Shown piece by piece: positions 48,223 through 60,337 of a stretch of DNA of 64,000 bases. Within the stretch, counting starts at the first letter, position 1, and each line of letters begins with the position of its first letter. The notes below the pieces were generated by a model. The model had not been told where the DNA came from. It saw only the letters and a program-made list of their open reading frames with translations, and did no database searches. The stretch is from Anthoceros angustus. Its lineage: Eukaryota; Plantae; Anthocerotophyta. Where the stretch lies: the NCBI GenBank assembly GCA_010909165.1, contig MU008231.1, forward strand, positions 51,389 to 115,388. The letters are read 5' to 3'. The position numbers and the translations under genes are program-made.

Positions 48223-51200
48223 TGTGGTAGGGAGAATCAGGCACTCCCAGGTCCTCCCACTATAGCGGCCACACTTATCACTTTGTCCGTCGTTGGGTTT
48301 CGTCCCATGAGACTTGTGTGAAAGTTCGAGGCCTTGTGTCCAATGCTGACAACTCTCGACCTTCTCAACAAGCAAGGCGCCTCTACTCTCCCTCTCACAC
48401 GGTGCACCACTTGCCTTTGATCGCCAACCTCGACCCTCGACACACAATTGCGGGTCACCGCCTCTGACAGGAGCCTACAGGCGCCCGGACCCCCAGTTCA
48501 CACGATTTCGTCCCTACTTCTAAGACCAAACTTGACCTACTCATTGCGAGTCCTGCCTCACGAGCCTACCACGAGGGGACCCCCCAGTTCACACCGCGAT
48601 TCGTCCCTACTTCTAAGACCACTCTTCTCCACTCGGGGCGCTCGTTTGCTTGCAGTTGGGATTCGTCCCTTAGGCTCTGCGGCCTTCCACTAACACCTAC
48701 ACCTCTAATCCTCTACTCATCTTCTCCTCATCCTCTTCCTCCTATTCTAACCTCGATTCGGGCTTCTTGGTTTTGACTCGCCTTACAGCTGGCTGGTCGG
48801 CCTCCACCGGCAAGTTCTTCCTTGGGCGGTTGCTATGAGTTTGACACCGAGAACCTCCGAGTCTTTCCAGTCTACCCTCAAGAGAGTTCTGGGCATTTGC
48901 CACACACCCAAAGCAAAGCAATTTCACAACCATTCACAAGGGGAGCAACTCGTTTAGGCACTTGCGTGAGCAAGTCCTCCACCAAACACTCACCACGCGA
49001 CTTCCTCTCTGCAGACCCGTGTTGGCTCCTGGCCGACACGAAATTCCTCTGTAATGGCAAAGGACTCGGTGGCGTGGGGCGCAAGACATGATACTTTACT
49101 TTGTGAAATCCTCCTCCTCTTATAGGAGGCCTTCCACATACAACCTCCCTTGGGTGACCCTCTGCGGTCACCTTTTCCAATTTCTATTATTTCCTACCTT
49201 GACATTTAATGTCGGCACCTAAATCTATGTCCATTTCTTGGTAAATTCTATTCTAGTAACTTCACCTAAGTCTATCCTCGAAGGATGTCGATTACATCAC
49301 TCCTTCCTATTCTTCTACCTAGCATTTATGGTCCTTGACCATATCTAGTCTTCACCTCTTTGGGGTGGGGCGTGTCCTGGTGGATTGGCTCCCTCGCCCT
49401 CCTTTTGCTCTTGCCCTTCCCGATCTTTGTCCCCCAATGTGTGGGGCAAGTACAATCTTGCCCCTTCCTCCATCTCCGGGCGGCGTCTGGATTCCTCCTC
49501 CGGCAATCGCGCTTCCCGCGCACCTAGGCGCCTTCTCCATCTCCTCGCGCTCGCGATCGTTCATCGCACCCTACGCGGTAGTCGGCGGACTACGGGTGGT
49601 ACTACCATCGTGGTAGTCGGTCTCCTTACTTCCTTCTTCCTCTCATCGGTGAGGGTTTCTTGGGTCGAGATCTTCATTGCTCTTGCCTTTTGATTTGTCC
49701 ATACCTATCATAGAGCACCCTTCATCCCCATCTTCTTCGGATTTTGCCTAATCTCCGGGCCCTTTTGCGTTGGACTCCTCCTCGGGTCCGGTTCCTCCCT
49801 CTCGTGGGATAAGGAACTTCCTCACCCCTTCTTCCTCCAGGTCGGACCCGTCCTTAGTCTCCTCGGTGGGGTTCTCTCCCACCACCCATGCTCCTGTGGT
49901 ATACCTGCACCCCGGCCTTCCATCTTGATTGGGCTTGCGTCCCAACTCCCCCCGTGCGCACCTACGGTGGTCTGGCGGACTACGGCGTGGTGTGTCCCCA
50001 GTGAGTCTGGCGGACTACAGGTGGTGGTCACCTAGGGTAGGGTGACCCCCTGAGGTGTCCTCTCCTTGCTCTCGCCGTCTCCCGATCCACGCGTCGCGGT
50101 GCTCCTTCACCTCGACTCCTCAGTTCCTCGAGTCCATTTCGTGATGGCCTCATCAAAATCGGAGGCCTCTGGCTGCACTTTGCGGCTCCTTGTCATCATC
50201 ATGAGGACCCAATGTCCTCCTCTTTTTGGCCAAAAGACTTGTTGGCCTTCAAGATCTGTTGGAGGTGAGCCCCAAGTTGTATTGCATTTGGAGATCATCA
50301 ATCTCCGTGGGCCACTCTCCATCCTCGCACCTACCTTGTAGGCATCTTGCGGTGGTCAATTCTCCCACCTTGACATGGAGGTTACATTCTCCTCCCTCAC
50401 TTCCTTTATGGTGGCCAATTTTGCTGAAGGGCATAATGCCAAAATCGCGCGCTTCCTCACCACTCATGCACCACCTTCTTGTGGCGCTCCTCCTCCGGAC
50501 CTCCTTTGTTCCTCCGCTAATTCTTGAGCAAGCCCTCTTCTCCTTGCCAAGCATCCTTTCGCGCTCCGACTCCACGGTCTTGTGCTTCTCGCTCAGCGCT
50601 CCTCTTCCAAATTATCGGGTCCTTCCTCCTCTCCCTTATCCCGGATTTTGATGGCTTAGTAGCCATCACCGCTCATGTGCGTCCACTTCTTTGAGTTACC
50701 TTCTCCTTTCCTAGTGCCTCGGCCCTTTCCTTTCTTGCTCTAATTGGGCAAAATGCTCTTCGCCTTTTGCCTCCAAGAATCCTTTTGGGTTGTTGCCGAA
50801 TGGCTCTTTCTTGACTTGTGACAACTTCCCTCGAGGCTTTCTCCGTGCGCCCGATCGAGCTTCTCTCCTGACCTTTTCCAATTTGGCTGCCTTTTCATCG
50901 GACTCCATGGCCTCCAATTGCCATTTGGTCCACCTTCCTCCGGCCATGTCTTGAGATTTCACTTCCTCTTGGCATGCCCACAAGGAGGCTGCTAGGTCCC
51001 TAGCCCCTTCAAATCCACGCAGTGAGTGCTTCACAAGCTCAGCAATTCTCCTAGGGGTCCTAATTCCCCTTCTTCTTCTTTCCGGGCCATCAGCGGGCGG
51101 TCCCTTCACTCGCTCCATCCGCTCTCCCCAGTAGCGGAGATGGTGGCCTCGGCCGCTCGCGGCACCTCACGTGCTTCTCCTTCCCTTCCCCCAGTAGGCT

Positions 51201-53253
51201 GTGCTGGCGGCGTGGGTGCCACCGCCTATGGTGGCTGCTCCCCCGTGGTAGATGCCTACCATGGTGGGGTGGCCCCTACGGTGATGCCCACCCCTTGGGT
51301 GGGCCTCCCTACGGGGTATGGGTGCCTCTCTCGTAGGCACAAAGGAGATGGTGGGGACTCCCCACTCTGGGCATCACCCCTCACATGGTCCTTCTCTCAT
51401 AGACCACCATTCGGCCTTCCTCGGCGCTTCAGCTCTTCTCCCTTGCTTGCTCACAGCGGGAAAGGATTCCCACTCCCAACCTTGTTGCCTCATCTTCTCC
51501 TCTTGCTTCTAGCATGCTTGTGGAGGTCGACCTCCCACCGTCTTCCAATGCAAAGGCAAAGGCCTTTTCCAACCTCGGTGGAGGTGGATGACCTCAAAGG
51601 GATGCCATGCATCTTCAAGCTCCTTGCTTGTGAGAGTCCCTCGGTTTCCCATAAATGCACCAAATAGGTGCTAAGGTAGCATGGCCTTGGCCCTTCCTCA
51701 TCCACGAATTTGGCTTGAGGAGCTTCTCGATGGTGGATGTAGGCCTCATACATGATAGTCCCCAATCTTGGCTCCCATGGAAATCTTCCACAAAAATTGG
51801 AGGAAGTTGGTCTTTGAAATAAGAAGTGCGTTGGTAATTTACCAACCCCGGCACAATCTTTGCGAAGAGCCTCCACTTGACTCCTTGATGCTCTCGGTCT
51901 TCCGGCCATTCTTGGCGTGGGCCTTCACTCTCCATCCATCATGTCAAGGAACTCCTGCGGGATGTCGAGAGGCTGTCCTCTTCCTCCATTCGACCTTTCG
52001 AGGAGCAATTCCAGCTCTCTTCCTCGGTCTTCCATACACCGAATACTTACGGTCCAGCGGGGATCCGTTCTAGCATTCCTTTCCGGTGGCGCGGCGCCGA
52101 TTGATGGAGGTTGATGTAACACTCCTCAATCAATTCCAAATTGGTGTAGGCCCATTGGCGGCCATACACCCATCCTAGTTGGATGTTCTCCTCCTCGCCT
52201 TGCAGAAATCAACTAAATCTCGGGGTTGAGCTGCCCACAAAGCAAGTGAATTGAGGCATTAGCTCACCTCCTCACGGCGTAGCCCTGCTGCTTTTCCTTC
52301 CTTCTCGCGAGGAGAGCCTTTGCCAGCGGCTCCTTCCTTGCCTTTTCCTCGAGGCATGGTGGCGTCTTCCTTCAAGTGTTTTCAAGGAGAATTACTTCCA
52401 ATTTGCTTTTTCTCTTCAAACACTTCTCCTTGGGGTAACACACTTCACTGCACGTTAGCCCTGGCCCAAGTTTTTCTGCTGCCTCTCCCGTTGTCCTTCT
52501 TCGTGGCCGCGATTTCACGCTCTTCACTTCAATTCTCTTACCACAGTGTTGTTTTGGCGCTCGCTCCACTTCCTCTCCGGTGGTTGTGTCGAGCTCTCAC
52601 TTGCCTTTCCGCTTTTCCTTCCACGGTCTCCTCCTCGCGGTTCTTTCCTCTCGATGGCCGCCGCCTCTCCCGGCTTGCTCGTGGCGATGGCGGCTCCTTC
52701 TCGCCGATGGCGTCTTCCTTCCTTTTGCGTTTACGTTCCAGCGCTCTCTTGTTCTTCGAAGTGGAAGCGGCCCAAAGCGCACTTTGCCTCCTTTGGATGC
52801 ACTGGCGCGCAACCCTAGATTGGGTTCATCATTCCAAAATCCTAATTCTATCTAAACTACCTATTTTCCTATCTGCTATCCTAATTAACGCTTTCTAATT
52901 ACTATATATTTATTCCCTATTGGTGAGCATATATAGTGGATATCCCCTCTATTCTAAATTTCCTTTTGGCAGAGTGATACCGGTAGTGCGACTTACCGCG
53001 GATCGCTTCCCTTCTCGGCTACGGCGTGTGGACCTACGGTGGTAGTGCCGACCTACCAACCTTTGGTGCCCTCACGCACGTCAAATTCGTTTGACCCGTT
53101 CTTCTTGGGATATCCTTTTGCCTTCCTAACAATATCCTACAACTCCTTCAAGATTCTCGGAAAATTTCTTGCTCCTCTTCAATCGTTCTAGCCAAAAAAT
53201 CAAACTTGTTGTCTTGGGCTCTTTTGGGTGGTTGCCCAAACTTTTACGTTCCA
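48223..53253 (-). repeat. 5' LTR (5031 bp)
   Basis: Colinear with 36996-41928; same termini. Confidence 0.88.
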
Positions 53254-53332
53254 CGAGCCTATCATCCCGCGGACCCCTTGCTACAACGACGGGATTATGC
53301 GGCCTTGGCGGGCCGTGAAAGTAAGCGCCACA
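53254..53332 (+). repeat. Terminal 79 bp of the family X/Y solo LTR, separated from the rest by the Athila-like insertion
   Basis: Ends GCGCCACA; its reverse complement aligns with 27756-27825 (GTGGCGC..ACTTT..CGCA.AATCC..GTCGTTGT.G.AAGG.GTCCG). Confidence 0.7.
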
Positions 53333-55244
53333 GATGGTTAGTTGCCTCCCAATTCCATGCTCCTTGCAAAAGCGTTGGAAGTCAGTGGAGATGTATTCAC
53401 CTCCGTTGTCACTACACAAAGTCTTCAGACGGTGTCCACTTGTGTTCTCCACCATGGCTTTCCATTCATTGAAGAGTGTAAATACCTGGGATTTCTCCTT
53501 CATAAGATATGTCGAGGTCTTCCTAGTGAAATCATCAACAAACACCAGAATGTAGCGGGCTCCGCCATGAGTGGGATTTTTCATTGGACCACACACATCC
53601 GTGTGTACCAACTCTAGCGCCATCTTTGCTCGTCGCGTTGCAATCTTTGGGAATTTAGTTGGATGTAGCTTTCCCATTATGCACCCTTGGCATAATTGCG
53701 GCTCACCCACTTCTTTCAAATCCAAGCCTATAACCATATGTTGGTTCTTCATCAACTTTGATATTATGGACACCAATGTGCCCAAGCGTTGATGCCATAA
53801 ATCAATGGATCCAATGCTATTTTGTTGTCCATAAAGATGAAGTTTGCCTTCCCGAAGCACACAACTTGCCAAATTTCCTATTCGGATGCCTCTAGCAATC
53901 ACTTTAGCATTCGATACCTCGCCTTTCGATTGGATCCAAAGCCTTTGGAATTGAACACAACCTCATGACACATCGGCAATTTTTGCGACAAAAGAAGATT
54001 CCTCGCAAGATGAGGCACATGATCGCGTCCTTAATATATGTAGGCTGTCCTCATGGAAGATGGACCAACACCTCCTCTTCTCTTGATGTCATGTGACCTA
54101 TTGTCACCTTGCCATGTGCCCCTACTGCCAATACTTGAGAACCAAGGAAGGTTATAAGCGAAATCTTTGGGATCCATGGTCAAGTCACGAACTCTCATCC
54201 TTCATGAAGTCGCTTGATCTCTTTTGGGTGAAGCACGAAGATGTGTTTTTGGTCCTTCTCCGGATTAGCTTGGGAGGATTTCCCTTCTTCAAGTTTGCCA
54301 ATCTTATTTACGATTGCTGCGTAGTGATTGGGCTTCCCTACTGATAATAACAAAAGCCTTTCACCTTTCTCTTTGTATACGTATCCTTTGTCCCTTCTAG
54401 AGACTTGGCTTGCGAGGTCTTCCGTGATGTGCCTTCTTGGAAAGAGTGCCAAGCCTTCGTTGCTGTGTCCGGAAAGAACCATCAAGCTCCTCTTGTAGGA
54501 GTAATCTAACCACGTCATCAAAGGTTGGTTGATTATCGCTTGAACGCATCGCTACGGATGCCCTATAAGACAATAAAATTGCCTACATGATGGTGGCAAA
54601 CTACTCGTGACACGGTGATCACCTTACCCTCTGAAGGTAACTTGATCTCTGCCTCCCTCATTTGATCTATCAAGCTTTCCAATTTGTTGACATGTTGTTG
54701 AACAGTGTCGCCCTCAGCCATCTTGAAGTTGGAGAATTGACTTTCCAGCAGCATTTCGCTCACAATGCTCTTCTTCTCGTACGTTGTGGAAAGAATTTTC
54801 CATGCATATTGCGAAGAGACACACTCGCTCAATTGTGAGAGAACGTCATTTGACACATTCAGTATCATATTAGCCAAGGCTTTCGCATCCTTGTCTATAT
54901 CCTGTTCAGAAGCGCCATCTGGAAGTGCATTTTCCACAAACTTCCACAATCGTTTGTCAATAAGAAGAGATTTTAGCTTCAACTTCCATAATGTGAAGTT
55001 CCTGCCATCAAACTTTTCTACTTGATGCGTAGTCTCCATAGGCACACCTTTGAAAGCTATGCAAAGACAAGACAAAAAGTTCCTCGCACCAAAAACTACT
55101 ACCAAGCTTCACGAAATTGGAAACAAGCTTTCACAGATTTAGTCTGCATAACTACAAACAATGCAATAGAAGACAAGTGGCAACAGTCCCACACAGCGTG
55201 GTGCGGAGTACTTTACGCATCTCCTGAACCATGCTCTGCTACCA
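53333..55244 (-). mobile_element. Ty1/Copia 5' half (gag, zinc knuckle, GAG-pre-integrase, integrase interrupted at ..HGIGRQLTI); includes iMet-type PBS at 55233-55244
   Basis: KFDGRNFTLWKLKL, WHQRLG, LVHTDVCGP, LCSDNGGEY; PBS TGGTAGCAGAGC (1 mismatch to TGGTATCAGAGC). Confidence 0.95.
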
Positions 55245-55440
55245 TGTTAGAAAACATTTATTCCCAGGTTTAGTACATTAAAAATGATGTGCTATGCATA
55301 CATATATAGCCTTTGGCCTTGTCATACTCTCGATAGTATGAAACCCTATCTTGCTCATGGGATAATCCTATATACTTCTAGGACTTATACTCATAGCTCT
55401 AATATGTGATGTGTTGCACCAATCCTATAGATTTCTAACA
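55245..55440 (-). repeat. 5' LTR of the Copia (196 bp)
   Basis: TGTTAGAAA...TTTCTAACA perfect 9-bp terminal inverted repeat abutting the PBS. Confidence 0.85.
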
Positions 55441-57811
55441 ACTTCAACCCCAACACCACGGAGTTCATCAAGGTTCAAGGAGGCAACCACGACAACGTCC
55501 GTGACTACGACTTCGTGGTCCTCCCGCCCGGTCAGATCAATGCCACCATCCCTATCCAACAGCGGTGGTCCAATTTTTATGTCCAGCAATCGATCACTTC
55601 TATGGACTGCCATTTGCCATTTACCGTGTCAATTAGTTAGGTATAGGTAGTTTATTATTAAAATAATAAAATATTTGTATATGAGTTCTTTACCTACTCT
55701 AACAACTTCAAAATACGAGTTTTTACGAAGAAAGATATCTTTTATAAATAATAAAAAATAATACCAAGTCAACTCATCTCTAAGAAAAATATTTGAGGAA
55801 AAATTATAATATAACAGAATATTCATAGATGATATAAAAAATATTTTACTTGAAATTTATTTAATAATAATCCAATCAGTCCAAAATAATTTCATTACCA
55901 TTCATATTTCAAGTTGAACATGAGTGTGTGTTATTTATTATGATATCTCTACTATGTATGTGTGTATGGGTAATAGTTAATGAGCTAAATAAACTATGTT
56001 TTTGAGTCCTTTTCATTTGGGTATCTCATAGAGGATCTTTGAGAATCACATTGTTTCTCTAATTCCTTTTTGCACCTATGGAAGGCCAAGTGTTATGGTC
56101 ATGAGTCCATTTGAATTCCTCTCTTTGTGACTATAGGTTGGATCTCTTGGGATCTCTATAAGTGTTGCCATTTGTGTATCTTTTCATTTCGCATCTTTGT
56201 AGTTTTCTTTTTTGAAGTTTTTGTAAAACTCATGTACTTTCAAAACTTAAGGATAACAATGATAATGGGACCACTTTTTGTCTTATAGTGCAAGAGATGG
56301 TTTGTTTTTGCATATTGTCTATTTTAATGTTCTTCGACGTAAATGTTCTTATTCATACTAGCAAGTTATTCTATATTATAAAATTAAATATTTATAATGA
56401 ATATTCTCTTCCAATTTATCCAACCGGTCTCTTTCAACATGTGATACTATGTATTTGGCTGTGTTTTGAATCCATATGAGACTTGAGTGTGATTTGGGAC
56501 AAGGTATCGAATTTGAAGAGATGCAAAGTTTGAAGGCATCTAACATTGATTTCGGACAAGAATCAAAATTGAAGAGATGCAAAGTTTGAAAGCATATGAT
56601 ATTTGACTAGATTCAATGATACATTGTATTGAGATTCTTAAATATATTAAAAAATAGTCTAAGTCATATATTTAGGTATATTATCTCGGTACAGAATCTT
56701 TCACAAGATTTTCATCTTTGATAGAATAATATCTACAAGATTTATATATTTTAAAAAATAATACATAGCATGGAGTTGGTGTTGGATGAACACGTAAGTA
56801 TTGGCTGTGCTTGGGTGGCAACAACCTCAAGTGCTACACATGTATGTATGTAGTGCAGCAGGGGGGACAGGCTGGTGGAAGAGGCGAGCCGGGCAGGTAA
56901 AAGCCTTAGAAGCTTGCATGGTTGCGAGGCATGTGGCTCCCCAAAAATGGGAAGAGCGATGAGGATGGTAATAATAGGCGGCGGTGGCCCCACAAGCCGC
57001 CTGTGCTGGAGGACAAGACGGCAGCGATGAGCCATCTGGAAGACGGGGTAGACAAAATCAGGGCAGGGACGCCAAGATTGGCGCACGTCGGCCGATGAAG
57101 GTACCTTCCCCAAGTGGTTGACTTGCGGCGAGGGCGAGCAGGCTAGCAGGCTAGCCTGTGGGTGGATGCGATATCTGTATGGCTGGCGAGCGCTGGGCGA
57201 GTGCCGAGCGAGCGGGGACCTGGGGGCCCGGGGCCCGGGCCATCCAGAGGACGCCGCCCTTGCCGCAAATGCAGCGCGCGGTGTCACTGTGTGCTTTAAA
57301 TTAATGCACAGCGTTCGCGGACAGGCGCAGCAAGTGGAGCAGTGCAGGCGCCACACGACTCCCATGAGTGCACGGAAAAGTAAAAAGGGAAAGGGGGGAG
57401 CACGGGCTGCTGCCGAGGCAGACGCAGAGGCAGCAGGCAGTGGGGGAGAGGCAGAGGCAGAGGCAGAGGCCCAGAGGCCCAGAGGCAGGGCCCCTTCGCA
57501 CCCCGATTTAGCGGCAGTGGGGGGAATCAAATCTGGGAGGCAAGTTGGGCAGCTCCGGGAAGGCCCCGGGCCCCCCCGCATGCCTCACCCTGGCTGCCTC
57601 AGCCTCAGCCTCTGCCTCTGCCTCTGCCTCTGCCTCAGCCTCAGAGATTCCCGCCTATTAAAGCTGGCGGCGGAGCGCCCAGCGTAAGCCTGCCCAGCAG
57701 AAGCAGCTCCTGGCACCGCTAGCCTTGGTTGCTGCTCGGGCCGGGGCTACTTGAAGGGCGGAGAGGGAAGGGAAGGGGAGCGGAGCGGAGCTCAGTATAG
57801 CTTCCCGGGAG

Positions 57812-59330
57812 ATGGCAGTGCAGCGCCCTCGCTTCCGCATCCGCGCAGGAGCTGGAACGCGGGCCGGGCGGCTTCGACATCGGCCTCAAGGACCGCGGCC
57901 CGCCGTCCTACCTGCAAGCGCCGCCTCAATGTGTTCCGAATCCGGCGGCAGGACCTGCTGAGCGAGGTGAGCGGCTCGCTGGGCGATCTGGGAACGTACG
58001 TCCCCATCGCGGTGGCGCTCACGCTCTACAACCACCTGGACCTGGGCACCACGCTCATCTTCAACGGCTTCTTCAATGTCCTCACGGGCCTGCTCTTCGA
58101 CGTGCCCATGCCGGTGCAGCCATGAAGTCCATCGCGGCGGCCGCGCTCAACAAGCTCACGGTCAACCAGATCATGACGGCGGGCCTCTCCGTGTCCTTCA
58201 TCCTCGTCTTTCTCGGGCTGTCGGGGCTCATGACGCTCTTCAACTGGCTCATCCCGCTGTCCGTGGTGCGGGGCATCCAGCTCGCGCAGGGGCTCAATTT
58301 CAGCCTCACCGCCGTCAAGTACATCCTCAACTCGCAGGACTTCTCCAAGTCCAAGGCCTCGGGGCCCAACCGGCCCTGGAAGGGCTGGGACGGCCGGGTC
58401 CTGGCCATCTTCGCCTTCTGCTTCGTCATCGTGGTGAGCGGGGTGGGCGGGGAGTTCGGGAAGAGGAAGAAGAAGGAGGAGGATTCGTTCGACGAGGAGG
58501 CGGCGCAGGCCTGCGCGGCCAGCAAGTCCAAGGACTCCAGCAGCCTGCCCAGCAGGGTGGCAAGGAAGGTGGATGCGCTCAATGCCAAATTCTTCAAGAC
58601 GGACGAGGAGATGGCGGAGGAGGACGCCCAGGGGAAGGGGCTGGCCACGGTGCCCTCCTGCCTCATCATCTTCGTGCTGGGCATCATTCTGGCGTTCGCG
58701 CGCTACCCCAGCGTGGGGAGGAGCCTCAAGGCGGGGCCGGCTACCCCCAAGATCACGCACCCGACCCGCCACGACTGGCGGGAGGTTTCATCCGGGGGGC
58801 TATCCCGCAGCTCCCGCTTTCCGTGCTCAACTCTGTCATTGCCGTGGTGAAGCTCTCGGAGGATCTCTTCCCTGGGAATCCGGATGTCACGGTGATGCAC
58901 GTCGCCACCTCCGTCGGGATGATGAACATCGTGGGCTGCTGGTTCGGGGCGATGCCCGTCTGCCATGGCTGCGGGGGGCTTGCGGGGCAGTACCGCTTTG
59001 GGGCGCGCTCCGGCCTGTCCGTAGTCATGCTGGGCGCGGGGAAGATGCTTCTGGGCTTGCTGCTGGGGAACTCGCTGGCCAAGATGCTGCAGCGCTACCC
59101 CGTCGCGCTGCTCGTGCTGCTGCTGTACGCGGGTATCGAGCTGGGCATGACTGTGCGGGACATGAACTCGCGCAGGGACATATTCATCGTTCTCGTCATC
59201 ACCTCGGTGGCGCTACAGTGGTCCAATGCGGCCTACATTTCTCTGCGGATTGGCCGTGGCTTGGGTGTTTAAGGCCAGGACCATCAAGCTCGAGGCTCTG
59301 CTGCATCCTTTCAGCAAGCCCGAATCCTGA
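57812..59330 (+). CDS. MOT1: Molybdate transporter (MOT1 family), intronless; apparent frameshifts probably sequencing errors
   Basis: EVSGSLGDLGTYVPI, LDLGTTLIF, PMPVQP-MKSIAA, GIQLAQGL, IPQLPLSVLNSVIAV, SVGMMNIVGCWFGAMPVCHGCGGLAGQYRFGARSG; high GC3. Start and stop were inferred across frameshifts (~57900, 58120, ~58785, ~59240). Confidence 0.92.
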
Positions 59331-60266
59331 TCGCCCCAAGCCGTCCTGTCGGCCTGAATGCTTTCAAAACGCGACTTCACGGCACCTGGACTTCCTCGGT
59401 TTCTTCGGTTTCCCAACAAGTGTGTGAAATGTTTGCTGTCGTAGATAACACACAAACGCATTTGTGTGCCAGTCTTCACCTCGAAGACTGCACCCCGTTA
59501 CCACGTAAACCAGTTGTTGTGAGCGTTCAACATCTACTACCCACACCCATTGTACTTGTTGTGGTAGATAGTGGCGTAAGCCAAAACTATGAGCTTCTAC
59601 ATAATGTGCATGCTTGATTCCACAATCCACAACACGCAACCCAAGTTTCTACATTTGTCTCGTTCTTTTGTTTCTGTCTAGAAACGGAGATGCATAACCT
59701 ACTCAGTCCTCACTCAGCTTGCCTTCTTGGATTTGCAAGCCTCGAGCTTGCATGTGCACTCCTAGTAGATATATGACACTTCTGCCCTCCATCTCCAGCC
59801 AGCAAACACCTTTCATCAATTACAAGGGCTGCTACACTACCCATGTACGCAAGCTAGGCATGCTGCCGTCGCTGACACTCGCGAACGTTTTGCCACAGAG
59901 CTGTTCCTGTCAACTCCGACAACTCAATCGAAACAGAATCGCATCTTAACACTACGATATTCTACGGTGTCCAGATCCGGAAGTGGAAGTACTTCACGTC
60001 AAGCTTCGGATCGAACTGCAAAGAGCCCAAATTGCGAACATAACTACCCCAACCCGGAGGAGTCTGCTCCACTGTCATAGCCCCGCAGGCAAGGACGCCA
60101 AACATGTCCCAATTGTTGCGATCGCCACAAATCCGAGAGCTTGGGCCTGGAACGATGGGGAAGTACATTTATCCCTTCCTGGACGGTCGAACTCCTCGAC
60201 CAGTAACAATGTGACGCGGTAGCAAGTTCAAGCGTACCAAAGATACGCAAAGGCCATGGAAATGAA

Positions 60267-60337
60267 CGCCGTCCGGGGGGCGCCAACCCCGATCGGAGGG
60301 TCAGAGCCTTGCGTTCTACCGACTGAGCTACAACAAC
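60267..60337 (-). pseudogene. tRNA-Lys-derived relic (pseudo-tRNA or SINE head)
   Basis: GTTGTTGTAGCTCAGTCGGTAGAACGCAAGGCTCTGACCCTCCGATCGGGGTTGGCGCCCCCCGGACGGCG; intact A-box/D-arm and a 3' CGGACGGCG like plant tRNA-Lys; acceptor 5' strand, anticodon arm and T-loop are degraded. Confidence 0.7.

Larger units (their letters stand above)
36996..53253 (-). mobile_element. Full-length 16.3-kb Athila-like Ty3/Gypsy retrotransposon with ~5-kb LTRs
   Basis: Two colinear repeats (36996-41928, 48223-53253) with TG..CA ends, PBS and PPT at their inner edges, gag-pol between them, flanks TAAGC/CGAGC. Confidence 0.9.

Noticed and set aside
56490-56595. 57-bp tandem duplication in AT-rich DNA
   Set aside because: Two copies only, with no associated structure.
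56751-57687. 276-aa (-) and 189-aa (+) ORFs upstream of MOT1
   Set aside because: Driven by GC-rich low-complexity hexamer repeats; no domain signal.
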